Source: Anthoceros angustus (taxonomy: Eukaryota > Plantae > Anthocerotophyta). Taken from it: a stretch of DNA of 64,000 nucleotides. A program made the position numbers and the translations under genes. Every line of letters begins with the position of its first letter. The stretch's first letter is position 1. The stretch is from NCBI GenBank assembly GCA_010909165.1, contig MU008177.1, positions 558,001 to 622,000 of the forward strand. The letters are read 5' to 3'. Positions 60,200-64,000 of the stretch are shown piece after piece. Below the pieces are notes generated by a model. That model saw nothing but the letters and a program-made list of their open reading frames with translations. It was not told where the DNA came from and did not search any database.

Positions 60200-62520
60200 T
60201 TCTCAGCTACCTCTCTCCTTTCTCCCACCAGAAATTTATAGACCTCCTTATTCCATTAGCCCTGCCATTCTCAAGTCAATCCTGTCCACATCAGCCCACC
60301 TGCCTGCTTCCACGTTTCGTGCTCTCTACCTCCATCCTCTCCTTTCTCCCACTAGAAATTTATAGACCTCCTTATTCCATTAGCCCTGCCATTCTCAAGT
60401 CCAATCCTGTCCACATCAGCCCACCTGCCTGCATCCGCGTAGGAATTGGCCATCAGCACATAAACAGACGACCTATGAGGCTCCAGCCTGACAATGCTTT
60501 CTAAACACACCACACCGCCCCCTCTACATCCCCGTGAATTCTGCAGGCATTCAACAAAGACGTCAAGCCCACAACATTACTTTGGCCCTCACATGATAAC
60601 AGCATCTTCTCTGCCTTATCTAAATAGCCAGCACGCCCAACAAGATCAATCATGCAGGTGTAATGCTCAATAATAGGTTTGATGTCACGCTGTTCAGCCA
60701 TGGAATCAAAGTGTTTGCGACCCTCGTGAACCAGTCCCGCTACTAGAACGCAAGTAAAAAGTAGCATCATCAGGCTGAACACCGGCACCTAACATCTCCT
60801 CAAAACAAGCTAGTGCCTTGTGACCTTCATCACAAGCACCATACCCAGCACTCCGGACATTCCATGTCACCACATCCTTTGCAGCCATGCTGTCAAAAAC
60901 CTGGCGTGCATCTTCTAGTTCGCCACATAACGCATACATGTCCACCAGGCAGTTGCATGCCCTTCTGTTAGGTACCAGTGCTTCCACACGCCTTCAGAAG
61001 GCAGGCAAAAGTAACATGATTAGCCAACATAAGGCCCGCCCCCTCCATTTGTCCATACACAACAAGCGCCTCATGGCCGAGTCCTTGCTGTGCATACCCA
61101 GCGATCAGCGCTGTCCATGTCACCACATCCTTTGTAGCCAAGCTGTCAAAAACGTGACGAGCATCTTCCAGTTCACCACATTTCTGCATACATGTCCACA
61201 AGGCAGGTGCCCACAAGGCAGGTGCCCACAAGGCAGGTGCACACCACTACGTCATCCAGCATTCCTCTTTCGAAAATCTGTGAGTGCAGCTGCCTGCCCT
61301 TCTGTAAGGCGCCACTGCTCGCACAGGCCTTCAGAAGGCAACCAAAAGTAACATGGTCAGCCAAAATGAGGCCCTCCTGCTGAATTTGTCCATACAGAAC
61401 AAGCGGCTCATGACCCAGCTCTTCCTGGGCATACCCAGCTATCAGGGCATTCCATGTCACCACACTCTTTGTCTCCATGCTGTCAAATACCTGGCGTGCA
61501 TCTTCCAGTTCACCACATTTTGCATACTCAGCAATCAGCCCCGTCCATACCACCACATCCTTCGTGGCCATGCTATCAAAAACCTGGCGTGCATTGGCCA
61601 TTACGCCACATTCTGCATACAAGTCCACCAGGCAATTGCCAACAAACAAGCTGGTAGCAATGCCCCTCTGCACCACATCACAGTGCACTTTCCTGCCAGA
61701 TTTCAAGTCGGCAGCAAATGCACAAGCTTCGAAAGGCAGCTACAAATAAAGTCGTGAGCATCCGCCGTTACTCCTGACCTAAGCATCTCATGGTAAAGTT
61801 GTAGGGCCTCATTATGTCTCCCATGCTTAGCGCCTGCGGGGATTATGGAAGAGCACATGATGGCATCCGGTTTCCCCACTCTGGTGAGAACATCCATGGC
61901 CTCCTATAGCCTACCTCCACATGCATACATGCGCAAAAATATGGTTCCCCAAGTATGGATTCGACTCGTACCCAAGTTTGACACTGAGATCCTGAACTCG
62001 TCGCCCCACAACCAAATCCTTCGTACCTAGACACAGTTTGAGCACAGTGTAAAACAGAGACTGGGAAATGGCAAAGTCTGTCCGCGCCAGAGATTCCAGG
62101 GCTCCAACGGCCAATCCTTCACGCCTTATCGGGAGAGCTCCTCCAGGAAGGAGAGGGAGCAATACCCATATGCAAATCCAAGGAGAGCAGCTGCTCATCA
62201 GCCCAAGCTGGCTTCATCATGTTGTTTAACCACAGGACCTCGCCCGACCCCCTTACGCCGGACATCTGGCAAACGGGAGCTCTTCTTATCTCGTCTGTAG
62301 TCCCACCACATGGTAGCTTCCAGAAAACATTGTTGCCACAAGTCAAGCGCTCCTGCTCCTCCTGGCAACGACCATGGCTGGAAACCCTAAACCCAACCAC
62401 ACTTTTCCTCGGAAGTGGAAGTGCTGGACGGCTTAAGCTGCTGGACCTAGAGGCTTCATGGTTTGCGAAGGGGTGACTCCCCGAGATGAGGTGAGCGTGA
62501 GCTCCTGATAGAATCCCTGT
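60200..62520 (-). pseudogene. Degenerate PDF-PPR paralog whose DYW domain is truncated and scrambled
   Basis: WQQCFLEATMWWDYRRDKKSSRLPDVRRKG...VLWLNNMMKPAWADEQL; PLS motifs with many frameshifts; 15-bp triplication (CLVGT) at about 61196-61240; L2/S2/E1 at 60501-60788. Confidence 0.88.
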
Positions 62521-62716
62521 AGCGGGAGCGACGGAAAACTAATTCAAGTTCCCGTCGACCTAATTGTCGTGGCAAATCCCGTGGCGATACTGCTCGCCCT
62601 TGGTTCGTTTCAGTTGAGAATGAGAGCGGAGAGAGCGCTCTGCTCAAAGCAGGGCACGCGGTAAGAGATGAAAGATTGAAGGCTGGGGAGGATGCACGTA
62701 TGCTGATCGTGCTCCA

Positions 62717-63555
62717 GTGATGGATGAGGTTGCAGCGCATTGTCCTTTTGCAGTTCAGAGGCCTGGTGGAGGGAAATTTTCTTTCAATGACTTGGAATGG
62801 CAGCAATCCTCATACAAGCATCCATCTTGTCCTGGCCAAGACAAACAACGACAGCTAGCTTACATCCCTTGGACCAGAGTGCAGGATTTCATAGAGGGCA
62901 TGAACGCATTGCCCACATTTACAAAGATGGCCAGTAATTGCTCAAGTAACTTTATACGAAACTATGCACGTGGATGTTTTTGGAAGAGTGTGTCATGGCC
63001 CGGAGTACGTAGGCATGCCAAGAGATGTTTCTGGAAGAGTGTGTCATGGCCCGGAGTACGTAGGCATGCCAAGAGATGTCAAGGCTCCTCACTTGAGTGC
63101 TGACAAGAAGGCACGGGTGAAACATGGTTAATGGCTCTGTGCACGTACACATCTTACACATCGTGCTTGGCTCCGTAATCTTATTAAGAAAGTCCAAAAC
63201 AAGGTAGACAAGGAAGCCATATAGCAGGAATTAGGTGAACTGATGTACGTGAAGGGCTTCAGCACATTAATTCGAGATACAATTCGGGAGGGTAAGCAGT
63301 TGCTATTTTCCTTCTATGCCAAGTGGGAGAAACGACAACCCGCGTTCATGGGCTATTTCAGAACAACTTGGGTGCACGACTAGGTTAGTCCATATCTCCA
63401 TCCTTGTATTCTCCCTTTTCAAGCTTGTGCACATACACATCTTCACAAGGCCTATTTTGATTGCAGGCATGTTCATAAAAAATGTCCGCATGCTTCCGCA
63501 TGCAGGGCAAGACTATGCCTCTGCTATAGAGGCATGGCATCAGTTTTTTAAGTAG
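62717..63555 (+). mobile_element. Degenerate MULE/SWIM-family transposase-like relic
   Basis: FSFNDLEW...AYIPWTRVQDFIEG; WEKRQPAFMGYFRTTW; RMLPHAGQDYASAIEAWHQFFK, resembling plant SWIM/MULE-derived proteins. 51-bp internal duplication at about 62972-63075. Confidence 0.5.
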
Positions 63556-63769
63556 AAACTTAGTCTTACAAGGGCATCTCTTGCTGGCAGATGAGTAGAC
63601 TGGCTGTTACATCAATTGTGCTTCGTAATTGCATCCCATTATTGGTATGTGAACCATTGCAAAGAAGGAGATGTAGACTGTGGGCTCTCCCCTTGGATAG
63701 GTAATAAGCTAGGTTTTTGTTTTTTTCGTAAGTGTGGAGTGGAAAATAAGGCGAAAAGGGAGAAATAAG

Positions 63770-63912
63770 GCCGGAGTAACCTCGGTCTGCACTCCGGAGT
63801 AGACAGAGAGACTCCGGACCGCACTCCAGAGCGGCTATGGACGGCACTCCGGAGCGGTTACGGACCGCACTCCGGAGGAAACCGCGGTAAGTCCGGACTG
63901 CACTCCGGAGTA
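63770..63912. repeat. Cluster of about 6 gcactccggag-like motifs (palindromic ctccggag core), probable transposon subterminal repeats
   Basis: Motif at about 63790, 63811, 63821, 63844, 63867 and 63900. Confidence 0.6.
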
Positions 63913-64000
63913 AGTTGTGATAAGTACGCCAGGAAAGGTAACTTTGGAACGGGGGGCGTATTTTGGCAAGGGGTGCCACGTGGACGGTGTTGAGAGGCGG

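Overview
Eukaryotic, gene-dense nuclear DNA from a non-seed land plant. Short GT-AG introns plus PLS-PPR genes ending in HAE...CxDCH...GRP point most plausibly to a hornwort (inference). From 5' to 3': the 3' end and LTR of a Ty3/gypsy-like element (1-3.76 kb); an 11.7-kb tandem array of intronless papain-like cysteine protease genes riddled with copy-specific indels; an nsLTP; an oleosin with an ABRE/RY promoter; CSN7; a UBP3/4-like deubiquitinase; an intronless low-GC ORF resembling only the N-terminal part of a cullin, followed by Pro/Ser repeats; a CLC-e-like channel; a 1-kb tandem duplication; nested gypsy and copia relics; a Sen1/MAA3-like SF1 helicase; a neprosin; a cluster of five PPR-DYW-derived copies; and a MULE/SWIM-like relic. 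The most notable observation is the PPR family architecture: transit peptide, then an OSB-type PDF (ssDNA-binding) motif, PLS array, E1/E2, and a DYW:KP 'GRP' domain (the class linked to U-to-C editing). The PDF motif is present in three copies and is precisely micro-inverted in one. All homology calls are by-eye motif recognition, not database searches. Many frameshifts in the repeated regions may be long-read consensus errors.
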